A stretch of DNA of 64,000 nt. Origin: Steroidobacterales bacterium (GTDB lineage Bacteria; Pseudomonadota; Gammaproteobacteria; Steroidobacterales; Steroidobacteraceae). Shown here piece by piece: positions 28,751 to 37,721 of this stretch. Below the pieces are notes generated by a model, which saw nothing but the letters and a program-made list of their open reading frames with translations, had not been told where the DNA came from and made no database searches. Numbering within the stretch: position 1 is the stretch's first letter; every line of letters begins with the position of its first letter. The position numbers were made by a program, and so were the translations under genes. Where the stretch lies: the NCBI GenBank assembly GCA_038210215.1, contig JBBQWY010000010.1, positions 16,464 to 80,463 on the forward strand, read 5' to 3'.

Positions 28751-29518
28751 TTACCGCGGCTGGAGTCGCACGGCGCCGTCGAGCCTGATGGTCTCGCCGT
28801 TCAGCATCGGGTTTTCGTACACAGCCTGCACGAGCTGCGCAAACTCGGCAGGTTTTCCCAGCCGCGGCGGGAAGGGCGCCTGTCGCCCCAGGGATTCCTG
28901 CACTTCCGCGGGCATCCCCGACACCATGGGTGTCTCGAAAATACCGGGTGCCAGCGTGACGACCCGGATACCGAAGGCTGCGAGTTCGCGCGCCATCGGC
29001 AGCGTCATGCCCACGATCCCGGCCTTTGACGCGGCGTAGGCGACCTGGCCAATCTGTCCTTCGAATGCAGCAACCGAGGCCGTGTGAATGATCAGGCCGC
29101 GCTGGCCGTCGGCATCGGGCGTGTTGTTCTGCATCGCGAGCGCTGCGGCTTTGTCGCAGAGCAACGTGCCGACCAGATTGATCTGCAGGACCTTGGTGAA
29201 AAAATCACCGGCCATCGGACCGTTGCGACCCAGCAACCGACCCGCACCGACGACGCCGGCGCAATTGACGAGCAGGTTCAGACCCTGCAGCGTCTGCGCG
29301 GCGGTCGCGACGGCAGCGTCGACTTCCTCTTCCGACGTGACGTCGCAGCGCACGAAGTTTGCGTGCGCGCCGAGTTCGCGCGCTGCCTTTTCACCCGGGC
29401 CCTGCTGCACGTCGAGCAACACCACCTGACCGCCGGCGGCAACGATGTGGCGTGCCACACCGAGACCGAGGCCGGATGCGCCGCCGCTGACGATCGCGCG
29501 GGCGTCCGACCACTGCAT
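28751..29518 (-). CDS. 3-hydroxyacyl-CoA dehydrogenase, SDR type (HSD17B10 / 3-hydroxy-2-methylbutyryl-CoA dehydrogenase-like)
   Basis: ATG 29518 (MQWSDARAIVSGGASGLG) overlaps the thiolase stop (TGATG). Motifs are NCAGV, YAASKAGIVGMTLPMAREL and GETIRLDGAVRLQPR. Confidence 0.85.
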   Translation of the reverse strand: MQWSDARAIVSGGASGLGLGVARHIVAAGGQVVLLDVQQGPGEKAARELGAHANFVRCDVTSEEEVDAAVATAAQTLQGLNLLVNCAGVVGAGRLLGRNGPMAGDFFTKVLQINLVGTLLCDKAAALAMQNNTPDADGQRGLIIHTASVAAFEGQIGQVAYAASKAGIVGMTLPMARELAAFGIRVVTLAPGIFETPMVSGMPAEVQESLGRQAPFPPRLGKPAEFAQLVQAVYENPMLNGETIRLDGAVRLQPR

Positions 29519-30696
29519 CAGATCATCTCGACGGCGATCGCCGTGGCCTCGCCGCCGCCGATGCACAGCGCGGCGATCCCGCGCCGTGCGCCGCGCTGGG
29601 CGAGTGCATGGACCAGCGTCGTGATCAGTCGGGCGCCGGTCGCGCCGACCGGGTGACCGAGCGCACAGGCGCCGCCGCGAACGTTGACTCGTGCGTGGTC
29701 CAGCTTCAGCTCGTGCATCGCGGCCATTGCGACCACCGCGAAGGCTTCATTGATCTCAAACAGATCGACGTCACTGCTCTTCCAGCCGACCTGCTGCAGT
29801 GTTTTCGAGATCGCGGCGGCCGGCGCAGTCGTGAACCACTCCGGTGCCTGCGAATGGCTGGCGTAGCCAAGCACGCGCGCAAGCGGCTTCAGGCCGCGGC
29901 TCTGCGCTGCAGACTCGCGCGCCAGCACGACGGCCGCCGCGCCGTCCGAGATCGAGGACGAGGAGGCCGCAGTGACCGTGCCATCCTTGCGGAACGCCGG
30001 CTGCAGCGTCGGAATCTTATCGATCGAACAGTTGAAGGGCGTTTCATCCCGGGCGACGACGACTTCGCCTTTGCGGGAGCTGACCTTGACCGAAGCAATC
30101 TCCGCTTCGAATTCGCCGCCTTCGACTGCTTTGAGCGCGCGGCGCACCGATTCGCTCGCGAATGCATCCTGGGCTTCGCGCGTGAACCGGTACTTGTCGG
30201 CGGTGTTCTCGGCGAAACAGCCCATCAACTGGCCGTCCCAGGCGCTTTGCAGCCCGTCGTAGAACATGTGATCGAGCACTTCGCCATGACCCATCCGGTA
30301 GCCGGAGCGGGCCTTCGGCAAAAGATACGGCGCGTTGCTCATCGATTCGAGTCCGCCGGCGAGCGCGAAGTCGATGTCGCCGCAGCGTAGCGAGTCGGCG
30401 GCCATCATGACGGCCTTCATGCCGGAGCCGCACATCTTGTTGATCGTCGTGGCCGGCGTTGCGGCGGGCACGCCAGCCGCGAGTGCCGCCTGGCGCGCCG
30501 GTGCCTGCCCGAGGCCGGCGGCCAGCACGCAGCCCATGATCACTTCCTGGATGTCAGCGCCGGTCAGTCCGGCAGCTTCGATCGCCGCCTGGGAGGCCGC
30601 CGCGCCAAGCTGCGGAGCTGTGGCGGCAGACAGCGCGCCCTGAAATGCCCCAATCGGCGTGCGGCGGGCTGACAGGATCACGATCGAATCTTTCAT
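29518..30696 (-). CDS. Acetyl-CoA C-acyltransferase/acetyltransferase (thiolase II)
   Basis: The active-site Cys is in INKMCGSGMKAV. NEAFA and the C-terminal GGGEATAIAVE (in LCIGGGEATAIAVEMI) match thiolase signatures. Confidence 0.95.
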   Translation of the reverse strand: MKDSIVILSARRTPIGAFQGALSAATAPQLGAAASQAAIEAAGLTGADIQEVIMGCVLAAGLGQAPARQAALAAGVPAATPATTINKMCGSGMKAVMMAADSLRCGDIDFALAGGLESMSNAPYLLPKARSGYRMGHGEVLDHMFYDGLQSAWDGQLMGCFAENTADKYRFTREAQDAFASESVRRALKAVEGGEFEAEIASVKVSSRKGEVVVARDETPFNCSIDKIPTLQPAFRKDGTVTAASSSSISDGAAAVVLARESAAQSRGLKPLARVLGYASHSQAPEWFTTAPAAAISKTLQQVGWKSSDVDLFEINEAFAVVAMAAMHELKLDHARVNVRGGACALGHPVGATGARLITTLVHALAQRGARRGIAALCIGGGEATAIAVEMI

Positions 30697-30787
30697 AGCG
30701 GAACATCCATTCAGATGGGCAACCGCCGGATTCTAGACCGGAGTCCAGGGCGTGAATACTGCGCTGCATACAGAAATGATGGTCTGT

Positions 30788-31450
30788 TCACTTATTGCGC
30801 GGCCGCAGGCCCAGATCAAAGACTTCGGTGAAGCGCGCTGCGATTTCCTTGGGCGCCAGCGCGGCCCCCTCGCGATGCCAGTGAGAAATCCAGTTCAGTG
30901 CGCCGGCCAGCGCGAACGCGGTCATCTTCGGATCACAGTCGCGAATCGAACCGTCCGCGATGCCGGCCTGGATCAGGCGCCGCAGGCCGGCGTCGATCTG
31001 CCGCTTCAGCGCTTGGATGCGGCGGCTCATTTCGAGGCTCAGATCCTGATCTTCGGCGCGCACCATGCACCAACCGAAGTCCGAAGTGATCGCTTCGGCG
31101 TAGCGCGCCATCACCGCGAGCAGTTGTTCGCGGCCGCTCTGGCGCTGCGGCTGCAGCTGCGAGAACCCCTCGAGGATCTGATCGAGCCCGCTGCGGAAGC
31201 ACTCGAAAAGGATCTCTTCCTTGTTGGCCAGATAGTGGTAGATCGTCGGCTTCGTGACCTGCAGCATCGCAGCGATGTCATCGACGGAGGTGTTGTGAAA
31301 CCCTCGCGCCTTGAAGGCACGTGCGGCGACCAGAATCACCGCGTCGCGCTTCAGTTCACGCTGACGGGCCCGATCGGGCCTGCCCGCCCAGGGAGAGCGA
31401 ATCGCCGTCGCGGATTCGCGGATGCTGGCGGTGCGGCGCATGACGGCCAT
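30788..31450 (-). CDS. TetR/AcrR family transcriptional regulator
   Basis: The N-terminal HTH is ILVAARAFKARGFHNTSVDDIAAMLQVTKPTIYHYLANKEEIL. The gene is divergent from icmF. Confidence 0.9.
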   Translation of the reverse strand: MAVMRRTASIRESATAIRSPWAGRPDRARQRELKRDAVILVAARAFKARGFHNTSVDDIAAMLQVTKPTIYHYLANKEEILFECFRSGLDQILEGFSQLQPQRQSGREQLLAVMARYAEAITSDFGWCMVRAEDQDLSLEMSRRIQALKRQIDAGLRRLIQAGIADGSIRDCDPKMTAFALAGALNWISHWHREGAALAPKEIAARFTEVFDLGLRPRNK

Positions 31451-31464
31451 CGTGAATTGCCTTG

Positions 31465-31508
31465 TTGACTTTACCCGTCAGTATACTAAATACTGTCGAG
31501 TAGTAAAG
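31465..31508. promoter_or_regulatory. Divergent promoter region with candidate TetR operator
   Basis: This is an AT-rich island. It contains TTGACT (31465-31470) and the inverted repeat CAGTAT-actaa-ATACTG (31479-31495), flanked by CTTTAC (31469-31474) and GTAAAG (31503-31508). AATACT (31489-31494) is a possible -10 box 18 nt from TTGACT. Confidence 0.35.
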
Positions 31509-31528
31509 CTTATTTTGTCGGTAACTTC

Positions 31529-34500
31529 ATGAGCAATTCCTCGGCAGCCGTCGATCGCAGCACCTCCGACGCCGCGCGCACTGAGCCAGCGCCGCTGCGG
31601 TTCGTCAGCGCCGCCTCGCTGTTCGACGGACACGATGCGGCAATCAACATGATCCGGCGTCTGTTGCAGGCGGGTGGCGCCGAAGTCGTGCATCTGGGTC
31701 ACAACCGCTCGGTCGCGGACATCGTGCGCGCCGCGATCCAGGAAGATGCCGATGGGATCGCGGTCAGCTCCTATCAGGGCGGTCACAACGAATATTTCGC
31801 GTACATGGTCGACATGCTGCGCGAGCTTGACTGCGAGCACATCCGGGTCGTCGTCGGAGGCGGTGGCACGATCGCGCCGGACGAGATCGCTGCGCTCGAG
31901 CGTCACGGCATCGAGAAGATCTATACACCCGAGGACGGTCGCAAGCTGGGACTGACCGGCATGATCGACGACGTGTTCGCGCGGGTGGCCGCAGTCGAGC
32001 GGCCGCGCTACGAGTTCGGTCCGCTGAATGTCCGCGACCATAAGCACCTGGCGCGCACGATTTCGGCGCTGGAGGCTGGGGCTGCTACCGGCGCGGACGA
32101 CCCGATACGCCGCGCCCTGGTTCGCGGCACGCGCCGCGCGCCCGTGATCGGCATCACCGGCACTGGCGGTGCAGGCAAGAGCTCACTGACCGACGAACTG
32201 CTGATGCGCTTCGTCCGCCATTTCCCGGATCGCCACATTGCCGTCGTCGCGGTCGATCCGACCCGCCGCCGCTCCGGCGGAGCGCTGCTCGGCGACCGGA
32301 TTCGCATGAACAGCCTCGCTGCCGAGAGCATCTTCATGCGCTCTTTGGCCACCCGTCGGCAGAATCTGGCCACCAGCGCCGTGCTGCGCGATGTCATCGA
32401 TCTGTATCAGGCGGCCGGATTCGATCTGATCGTGGTTGAGACCGCTGGCATCGGCCAGAGCGACACCGAAATCGTCGACCTCGTCGACCTGCCGATCTAC
32501 GTGATGACCAGCGAGTACGGCGCCGCGAGCCAGCTGGAGAAAATCGACATGCTTGATTTCGCCGAGTTGGTCGTGCTGAACAAGTTCGAGAAGCGCGGCG
32601 CCGAAGATGCCCTGCGCGACGTGCGCAAGCAGTGGCGGCGCAACCATCCCGAGCGGATGCGCATTGTCGATGCCGAGGTGCCGGTCTTTCCGACGATCGC
32701 GAGCCGCTTCAATGATCCGGGCGTCAACCGTCTGTTCGGCTCGATCTGCGCCAGGATCAGCTGGCTGGTCGCCGATCCCGGTCCGACCGAATTCATTTCC
32801 CGCGAGCCGCTGATTCCCGGTAACCGCGTTCGCTACCTGGCGGAGATTGCCGCGAATGCGCGTCGGGTCCGCGACGCCAATTGCGGGCGGGTCGAGGCCG
32901 CGCGCCGGGCCTTTGGAATCTACGAGTCGCTGAAGGGTTTGCGGGATGCGCCATTGCCGGCGCCGCTCGAGCGCTACCCGGAGGCCGCAGTCAGCGAAGC
33001 CGGAGCCGATGCGACCCGGCGCGAGCTGCGCGAATCGTACAACGCTGCGCTGGGGGCGATCGGTGTGGAGGCACTCGGCGAGCTGCGCGCGTGGCCGGCG
33101 CGGGTGCGTGGGGTCACCGACGAGGCGTATTCTTACAGGGTCCGCGATCGCGAGTTGCGCGGTACCAACTACTTCGAGACCCTGAGCCGCAATCGGGTGC
33201 CGAAACTGGCGGTACCGTCGTTCCGCGACTGGGGCGAGATCCTGCACTTCCTGCTGACCGAGAATCTGCCCGGCGCATTTCCGTACACCGGTGGCGTGTA
33301 TCCGTACCGCCGCGAGGCGGAGGATCCGATCCGGATGTTCGCAGGCGAAGGTGCCCCTGAGCGCACCAATCGCCGTTTCCATTATTTGGCGGGAGGTCAC
33401 GAAGCGACCCGCCTTTCGACGGCTTTCGACTCGACCACGTTGTATGGCGAGGATCCCGACACACGACCCGACATCTACGGCCGCACCGGCAACTCCGGTG
33501 TTTCGATTGCCACGCTCGATGACATGAAGAAGCTGTATTCGGGATTCGATCTTTGCAAACCGACCACGTCCGTGTCGATGACGATCAACGGTCCGGCGCC
33601 GATGATCCTCGCGATGTTCATGAACACCGCGATCGACCAGCACGTGGAGCGCTACTTGCGGCGCGAGGGTCGCTGGCAGGCGGCGCAGCAACAGATCGAC
33701 GCGCTGCAGGCGGCATTGCTCGCCAACGGGTTCACGGTCCCGACGTACAAGGGGGAGTTGCCGGAAGGCCATGATGGCTCCGGGCTCGCGCTGCTGGGTC
33801 TGACCAGCAGCCAGCTGATCGGACCCGGCGTGCTGGGCGCCGATGAATTCGCCGGGCTGCGCGCCGAGGCCCTGCAACGGGTTCGAGGCACCGTGCAGGC
33901 TGACATCCTCAAAGAGGACCAGGCGCAGAACACCTGCATTTTCTCGACCGAGTTCGCGCTGCGGATGATGGGCGATGTCCAGGAGTACTTCACGACGAAT
34001 CGGATACGCAATTTCTATTCGGTGTCGATCTCGGGCTATCACATCGCCGAGGCTGGCGCGAACCCGATCAGCCAGCTGGCCTTCACGCTCTCGAACGGCT
34101 TCACGATCGTCGAGTACTACCTGGCCCGCGGCATGAAGATCGATGACTTCGCGCCGAACCTGTCGTTCTTCTTTTCCAACGGGATGGATCCGGAGTACGC
34201 GGTGATCGGCCGCGTGGCGCGGCGCATCTGGGCGCGTGCGATGCGCGACCTGTACGGTGCAGACGCACGCAGCCAGATGCTGAAGTACCACATCCAGACT
34301 TCGGGTCGGTCGCTGCACGCGCGCGAAATCCAGTTCAACGATACGCGCACGACGCTGCAGGCGATGTACGCGCTGTTCGACAGCTGCAACTCGCTGCACA
34401 CCAACGCCTATGACGAGGCCCTGACGACGCCGACCGAAGAAAGCGTGCGGCGTGCGGTCGCCATCCAGCTGATCATCAATCGCGAGCTCGGGCTCAACAA

Positions 34501-34987
34501 GATGCAGAACCCGTGGCAGGGTTCGTTCGCAATCGAATACCTGACCAATATGGTCGAGGAGGCGGTCTATCGCGAGTTCGAATCGATCAGCGAGCGCGGT
34601 GGTGTGCTCGGTGCGATGGAAACCATGTATCAGCGCGGCAAGATCCAGGAGGAAAGCCTCTATTACGAGACGCTGAAGCATGACGGCACGCTGCCGATCA
34701 TTGGCGTGAACACCTTCCTGTCGGATTCCGATACCAGCGATGCGCACAGCGCGACGGCCTTGATCCGCTCGACCGAGCAGGAGAAGCAGGACCAGGTGGC
34801 GGCGGTGCGCGCCTTCACCGCACGGCATGCAGGCGTCGCGCCCGCGGCGCTCATTGACCTGCAGCAGGCTGCGGCGGCAAGCGGCAACGTGTTCGAGGCG
34901 CTGATGCAGGCGGTGCGCTGTTGTTCACTCGGGCAGATTTCACGCGCGCTGTATCAGGTCGGCGGGCAATATCGACGCAACGTCTGA
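31529..34987 (+). CDS. icmF: Fused isobutyryl-CoA mutase IcmF (B12-binding domain + MeaB-like GTPase + mutase catalytic domain)
   Basis: The N-terminal B12-binding domain shows SLFDGHDAAINMIRR...VVHLGHNRS. A MeaB-type P-loop (GITGTGGAGKSSLTDEL, VVETAGIGQSD, LNKFE) follows. The C-terminal ~600 aa is a methylmalonyl-CoA-mutase-like TIM-barrel domain. Total length is 1152 aa. Confidence 0.9.
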   Translation: MSNSSAAVDRSTSDAARTEPAPLRFVSAASLFDGHDAAINMIRRLLQAGGAEVVHLGHNRSVADIVRAAIQEDADGIAVSSYQGGHNEYFAYMVDMLRELDCEHIRVVVGGGGTIAPDEIAALERHGIEKIYTPEDGRKLGLTGMIDDVFARVAAVERPRYEFGPLNVRDHKHLARTISALEAGAATGADDPIRRALVRGTRRAPVIGITGTGGAGKSSLTDELLMRFVRHFPDRHIAVVAVDPTRRRSGGALLGDRIRMNSLAAESIFMRSLATRRQNLATSAVLRDVIDLYQAAGFDLIVVETAGIGQSDTEIVDLVDLPIYVMTSEYGAASQLEKIDMLDFAELVVLNKFEKRGAEDALRDVRKQWRRNHPERMRIVDAEVPVFPTIASRFNDPGVNRLFGSICARISWLVADPGPTEFISREPLIPGNRVRYLAEIAANARRVRDANCGRVEAARRAFGIYESLKGLRDAPLPAPLERYPEAAVSEAGADATRRELRESYNAALGAIGVEALGELRAWPARVRGVTDEAYSYRVRDRELRGTNYFETLSRNRVPKLAVPSFRDWGEILHFLLTENLPGAFPYTGGVYPYRREAEDPIRMFAGEGAPERTNRRFHYLAGGHEATRLSTAFDSTTLYGEDPDTRPDIYGRTGNSGVSIATLDDMKKLYSGFDLCKPTTSVSMTINGPAPMILAMFMNTAIDQHVERYLRREGRWQAAQQQIDALQAALLANGFTVPTYKGELPEGHDGSGLALLGLTSSQLIGPGVLGADEFAGLRAEALQRVRGTVQADILKEDQAQNTCIFSTEFALRMMGDVQEYFTTNRIRNFYSVSISGYHIAEAGANPISQLAFTLSNGFTIVEYYLARGMKIDDFAPNLSFFFSNGMDPEYAVIGRVARRIWARAMRDLYGADARSQMLKYHIQTSGRSLHAREIQFNDTRTTLQAMYALFDSCNSLHTNAYDEALTTPTEESVRRAVAIQLIINRELGLNKMQNPWQGSFAIEYLTNMVEEAVYREFESISERGGVLGAMETMYQRGKIQEESLYYETLKHDGTLPIIGVNTFLSDSDTSDAHSATALIRSTEQEKQDQVAAVRAFTARHAGVAPAALIDLQQAAAASGNVFEALMQAVRCCSLGQISRALYQVGGQYRRNV

Positions 34988-35002
34988 TACGCCCGCGCGC
35001 CC

Positions 35003-35728
35003 TCAGGGGCCCGACGCGAGATCGGGCTCGCCGAGGTGGGCGAGAATTTCGGCCCGAGCGCGGTTGCGAAGCGCGAGCGCGGCCGACTCCGGAGTGTCGT
35101 CCGTCGGCGCGATGGGCGGCAGGAATTCGACTTCGATGGCACCCCAGCGGGGCAACAGGCGTGTGCTCGGCAGGTTCGCGCGCGAGCCGCGAATGACGGC
35201 CGGAACGACCACGCAGTTCGCACGCACGGCAGTCGTGAAGGCGCCGCTGTGGAACTTCAGCAGGCCGGGTTCGCGTGAGAACGTGCCCTCCGGGAAGAAC
35301 ACCATCGCCTGACCGCTCGCGGCGGTGCGCAGCATGCGACGCGCGTCGACCGCGCCCTTGCTGCGGTTGAAGCGCTCGACGAACTCCGTACCGATCCGGC
35401 GCAGCAATAACCCCGCGAGCGGCACACGGTCCATCTCGCGTTTGACGACAAACGCGAACCGCGGCGGCAGCGTCGCCTTCATGATCGGTCCGTCGAGATA
35501 GCTGGCGTGGTTGGCGACCACCACGCAGGGCCCGGCGGGCAGGTGCTCCGCGCCGCGAATGCGCAGCGGCATCGCTGCGAGGACGAAGTACGTTTGCGCT
35601 ATCCGGTGGGTGGCGGCGCGACGATGGGCAAGGGTCGGCAACAGCATGACCGCCAGCACCGACAGCAGCGCCAGCAGCGTGAACAGCAGCGCACTGACCA
35701 TGCCGTAGGCGAAGTAGACTGGTGCCAT
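35003..35728 (-). CDS. Lysophospholipid (1-acyl-sn-glycerol-3-phosphate) acyltransferase family protein
   Basis: There is an N-terminal TM segment. The HX4D-type motif is VVVANHASYLDGPIM and FPEGTFS is present. Confidence 0.85.
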   Translation of the reverse strand: MAPVYFAYGMVSALLFTLLALLSVLAVMLLPTLAHRRAATHRIAQTYFVLAAMPLRIRGAEHLPAGPCVVVANHASYLDGPIMKATLPPRFAFVVKREMDRVPLAGLLLRRIGTEFVERFNRSKGAVDARRMLRTAASGQAMVFFPEGTFSREPGLLKFHSGAFTTAVRANCVVVPAVIRGSRANLPSTRLLPRWGAIEVEFLPPIAPTDDTPESAALALRNRARAEILAHLGEPDLASGP

Positions 35729-35941
35729 CAGGATAGTTCGCAGATTCAGGATCGCACTCCCCGGGCTTGCCGCGGTCCAAGCTGTGACGCGGTTATCTTT
35801 ATGTTAACGCCATATCCGAGTTGTGAAGGTCATCACGACAGTTGCGGGCAAGCCATTCGCATACTCGTGCCGCTGACAGGAACGGCCGCCCGTTTTGGCA
35901 GGACACCCCGGTGGTGTCTGCGCGGTGGCCCTGGACTACGC

Positions 35942-36892
35942 ATGAATTCACTTCTGAAGCCCGCTTCGATCGCAGATAGGTCGGCCGCCGCCCCGTCCCG
36001 CAAGGCTGTGGATCCAGCCGTGCTGCGCTTTCTGGATGCGGTCTGGATGGAGCGGGGCCTTTCGCCGAACACGCTGGCGGCCTACCGCGCGGACCTCACG
36101 GCGCTGTCGCGCTGGCTCGCCGATCGAGACACCCCGATCCTGCGCACGACGCGGGCCGATCTGCTCGGCTTCATCGCCTGGCGTGTCGAGGCCGGCGCGC
36201 GGCCCCGCTCGACCGCGCGTCAGCTGTCGTCGTTTCGCCGGTTCTTCCGCTACCTGTTGCGCGAAGGCGTGATGCGCGACGACCCGACCGCCCAGATCGC
36301 GATGCCGAAGATCGGCCGTTCGCTGCCCAAGTCCCTGTCCGAGGACGAGGTTGAATCCCTGTTGTCCGCGCCGCTGGTCAGCGATCCGCTCGGCCATCGC
36401 GATCGCACGATGCTCGAGGTGCTGTACGCGACCGGGCTGCGCGTCTCGGAACTCGTGAATCTGAAATATGCCGCCGTGAACATGAACCAGGGCGTCATTC
36501 GCATCACCGGCAAAGGTGGCCGGGAGCGCTTGATTCCACTCGGCGAGGAATCCTTGCGTTGGCTGCAGGACTTCATGCGCGGTCCACGCAACGAGATTCT
36601 GCTCGACCGTACCACCGACTACCTGTTTCCGACGCGACGCGGCGATCGAATGACGCGTCAGGCGTTCTGGCACATCATCAAGCGCTACGCGCGCAAGTCG
36701 AGCATCGATCGCGATTTGTCGCCGCACACGCTGCGGCACGCGTTCGCGACCCATCTTCTGAACCACGGTGCTGACCTGCGCGTCGTGCAGATGCTGCTGG
36801 GGCACAGTGATCTTTCGACCACGCAGATCTACACGCATGTGGCCCGTGAGCGCCTCAAGGAACTGCACGAGCAACATCATCCGCGCGGCTGA
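35942..36892 (+). CDS. xerD: Site-specific tyrosine recombinase XerD
   Basis: ATG 35942 lies within the longer ORF 35507-36892. Motifs are FLDAVWMERGLSPNTLAAYRADL, LLYATGLRVSELV, HTLRHAFATHLLNHGADLRVVQMLLGHSDLSTTQIYTHV. Confidence 0.9.
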   Translation: MNSLLKPASIADRSAAAPSRKAVDPAVLRFLDAVWMERGLSPNTLAAYRADLTALSRWLADRDTPILRTTRADLLGFIAWRVEAGARPRSTARQLSSFRRFFRYLLREGVMRDDPTAQIAMPKIGRSLPKSLSEDEVESLLSAPLVSDPLGHRDRTMLEVLYATGLRVSELVNLKYAAVNMNQGVIRITGKGGRERLIPLGEESLRWLQDFMRGPRNEILLDRTTDYLFPTRRGDRMTRQAFWHIIKRYARKSSIDRDLSPHTLRHAFATHLLNHGADLRVVQMLLGHSDLSTTQIYTHVARERLKELHEQHHPRG

Positions 36893-36978
36893 CTCTGATA
36901 ACATTCCGCGCCTTCCCGGCCGAACCTTCCGGATCCCGGACGGTCTGTCCTAAGCACTGACCGCCAACGGACCCGCCC

Positions 36979-37713
36979 ATGCTGCGCGCTGCTTGTTTCG
37001 CTGTTTTACTCTGTTCGTTGACGCTGGCAGCCGAAGCACAGCAGGCGAAGCCCGCCGCGACTGCCGACGCACGTGCCAGCATCGCCAGGAAGATCCCGGG
37101 TGCGCGCCCGGAGGACATCCGTCCGTCCCCGGTAGCCGGAGTGTTCGAGGTCGTGCAGGGTGCCGACATGCTCTACGTGACCGCCGACGGCAAGTATGTC
37201 TTTGCAGGTGATCTGTACGATCTGGGCACGGATCAGAATCTGACGGAACAGCGGCGGCGCGATCTGCGCGTCAAGCTGCTGGCCTCGGTCCCAGAGTCAC
37301 AGATGCTGGTGTTTTCTCCCGCCCAGCCGAAGTACACGGTGACGGTGTTTACGGACATCGACTGTGGTTACTGCCGCAAGCTGCACAGCGAGATGGACAA
37401 ATACAACGCGATGGGAATCCGCGTGCGCTATCTGTTTTTTCCGCGCGAGGGACCCAACTCGGAGTCCTGGGACAAGTCAGTTGCCGTCTGGTGCGCCAGC
37501 AACCGCAACGACGCGCTAACCCGCGCCAAACGCGGCGAGACGATCCGCGCGCAGAAGTGTGCAACGCCGGTCGCCAAGGATTTCGATCTCGGTCGGGATC
37601 TGGGCCTGCGCGGCACGCCGGCAATCTTCCTGCCGAACGGTGACATGCTGCCGGGTTATCTGCCGCCGGCGGCGCTGGCCGCGCGGCTGCAGGGATCGGC
37701 TGTCGCCAGATAG
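36979..37713 (+). CDS. dsbC: Thiol:disulfide interchange protein DsbC
   Basis: A signal peptide is present, followed by an N-terminal dimerisation domain and the thioredoxin motif FTDIDCGYCRKLH. Confidence 0.9.
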   Translation: MLRAACFAVLLCSLTLAAEAQQAKPAATADARASIARKIPGARPEDIRPSPVAGVFEVVQGADMLYVTADGKYVFAGDLYDLGTDQNLTEQRRRDLRVKLLASVPESQMLVFSPAQPKYTVTVFTDIDCGYCRKLHSEMDKYNAMGIRVRYLFFPREGPNSESWDKSVAVWCASNRNDALTRAKRGETIRAQKCATPVAKDFDLGRDLGLRGTPAIFLPNGDMLPGYLPPAALAARLQGSAVAR

Positions 37714-37721
37714 GCCGGGCG

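Noticed and set aside
31451-31528. A possible cobalamin riboswitch upstream of the B12-dependent icmF.
   Set aside because: The intergenic region is only 78 nt, is AT-rich, and lacks the B12-box. It is far too short for a cobalamin riboswitch and is better read as a promoter/operator.
32183-34828. An 881-aa ORF antisense to icmF. Similar long antisense ORFs include 11598-13415 (605 aa, opposite the TonB receptor), 61322-62818 (opposite xseA), 16207-17565, 26857-28302, 15315-16472, 39789-40844, 50732-51787, 51868-52920, 56781-58082, 5354-6346 and 22887-23876.
   Set aside because: Their products are Arg/Ala/Gly/Pro-rich low-complexity sequences with no recognisable motifs. Each lies opposite a gene with strong family signatures. 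Long stop-free antisense frames are expected in GC-rich DNA. I see no evidence for overprinted genes.
35729-35941. A 213-nt divergent intergenic region (acyltransferase/xerD) containing the hairpin GACACC-ccggt-GGTGTC, examined for an ncRNA.
   Set aside because: It is a single short hairpin without a U-tract or recognisable RNA-family motifs. The evidence is insufficient.
35507-36892. N-terminally extended ORFs in the six-frame track: xerD 461 aa, suhB 521 aa (46966-48531), zapE 495 aa (24035-25522), acetoacetyl-CoA synthetase 712 aa (25152-27290), queA 389 aa, yajC 190 aa, rlmN 438 aa.
   Set aside because: The extensions are low-complexity, overlap neighbouring genes or the tRNA, and precede internal starts that give canonical family N-termini. 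I trimmed these to the internal starts.
35942-36892. A tyrosine recombinase as a possible marker of an integrated mobile element.
   Set aside because: The sequence and context (followed by dsbC, a classical xerD-dsbC arrangement) identify it as the housekeeping XerD. There are no flanking repeats, phage genes or cargo genes.
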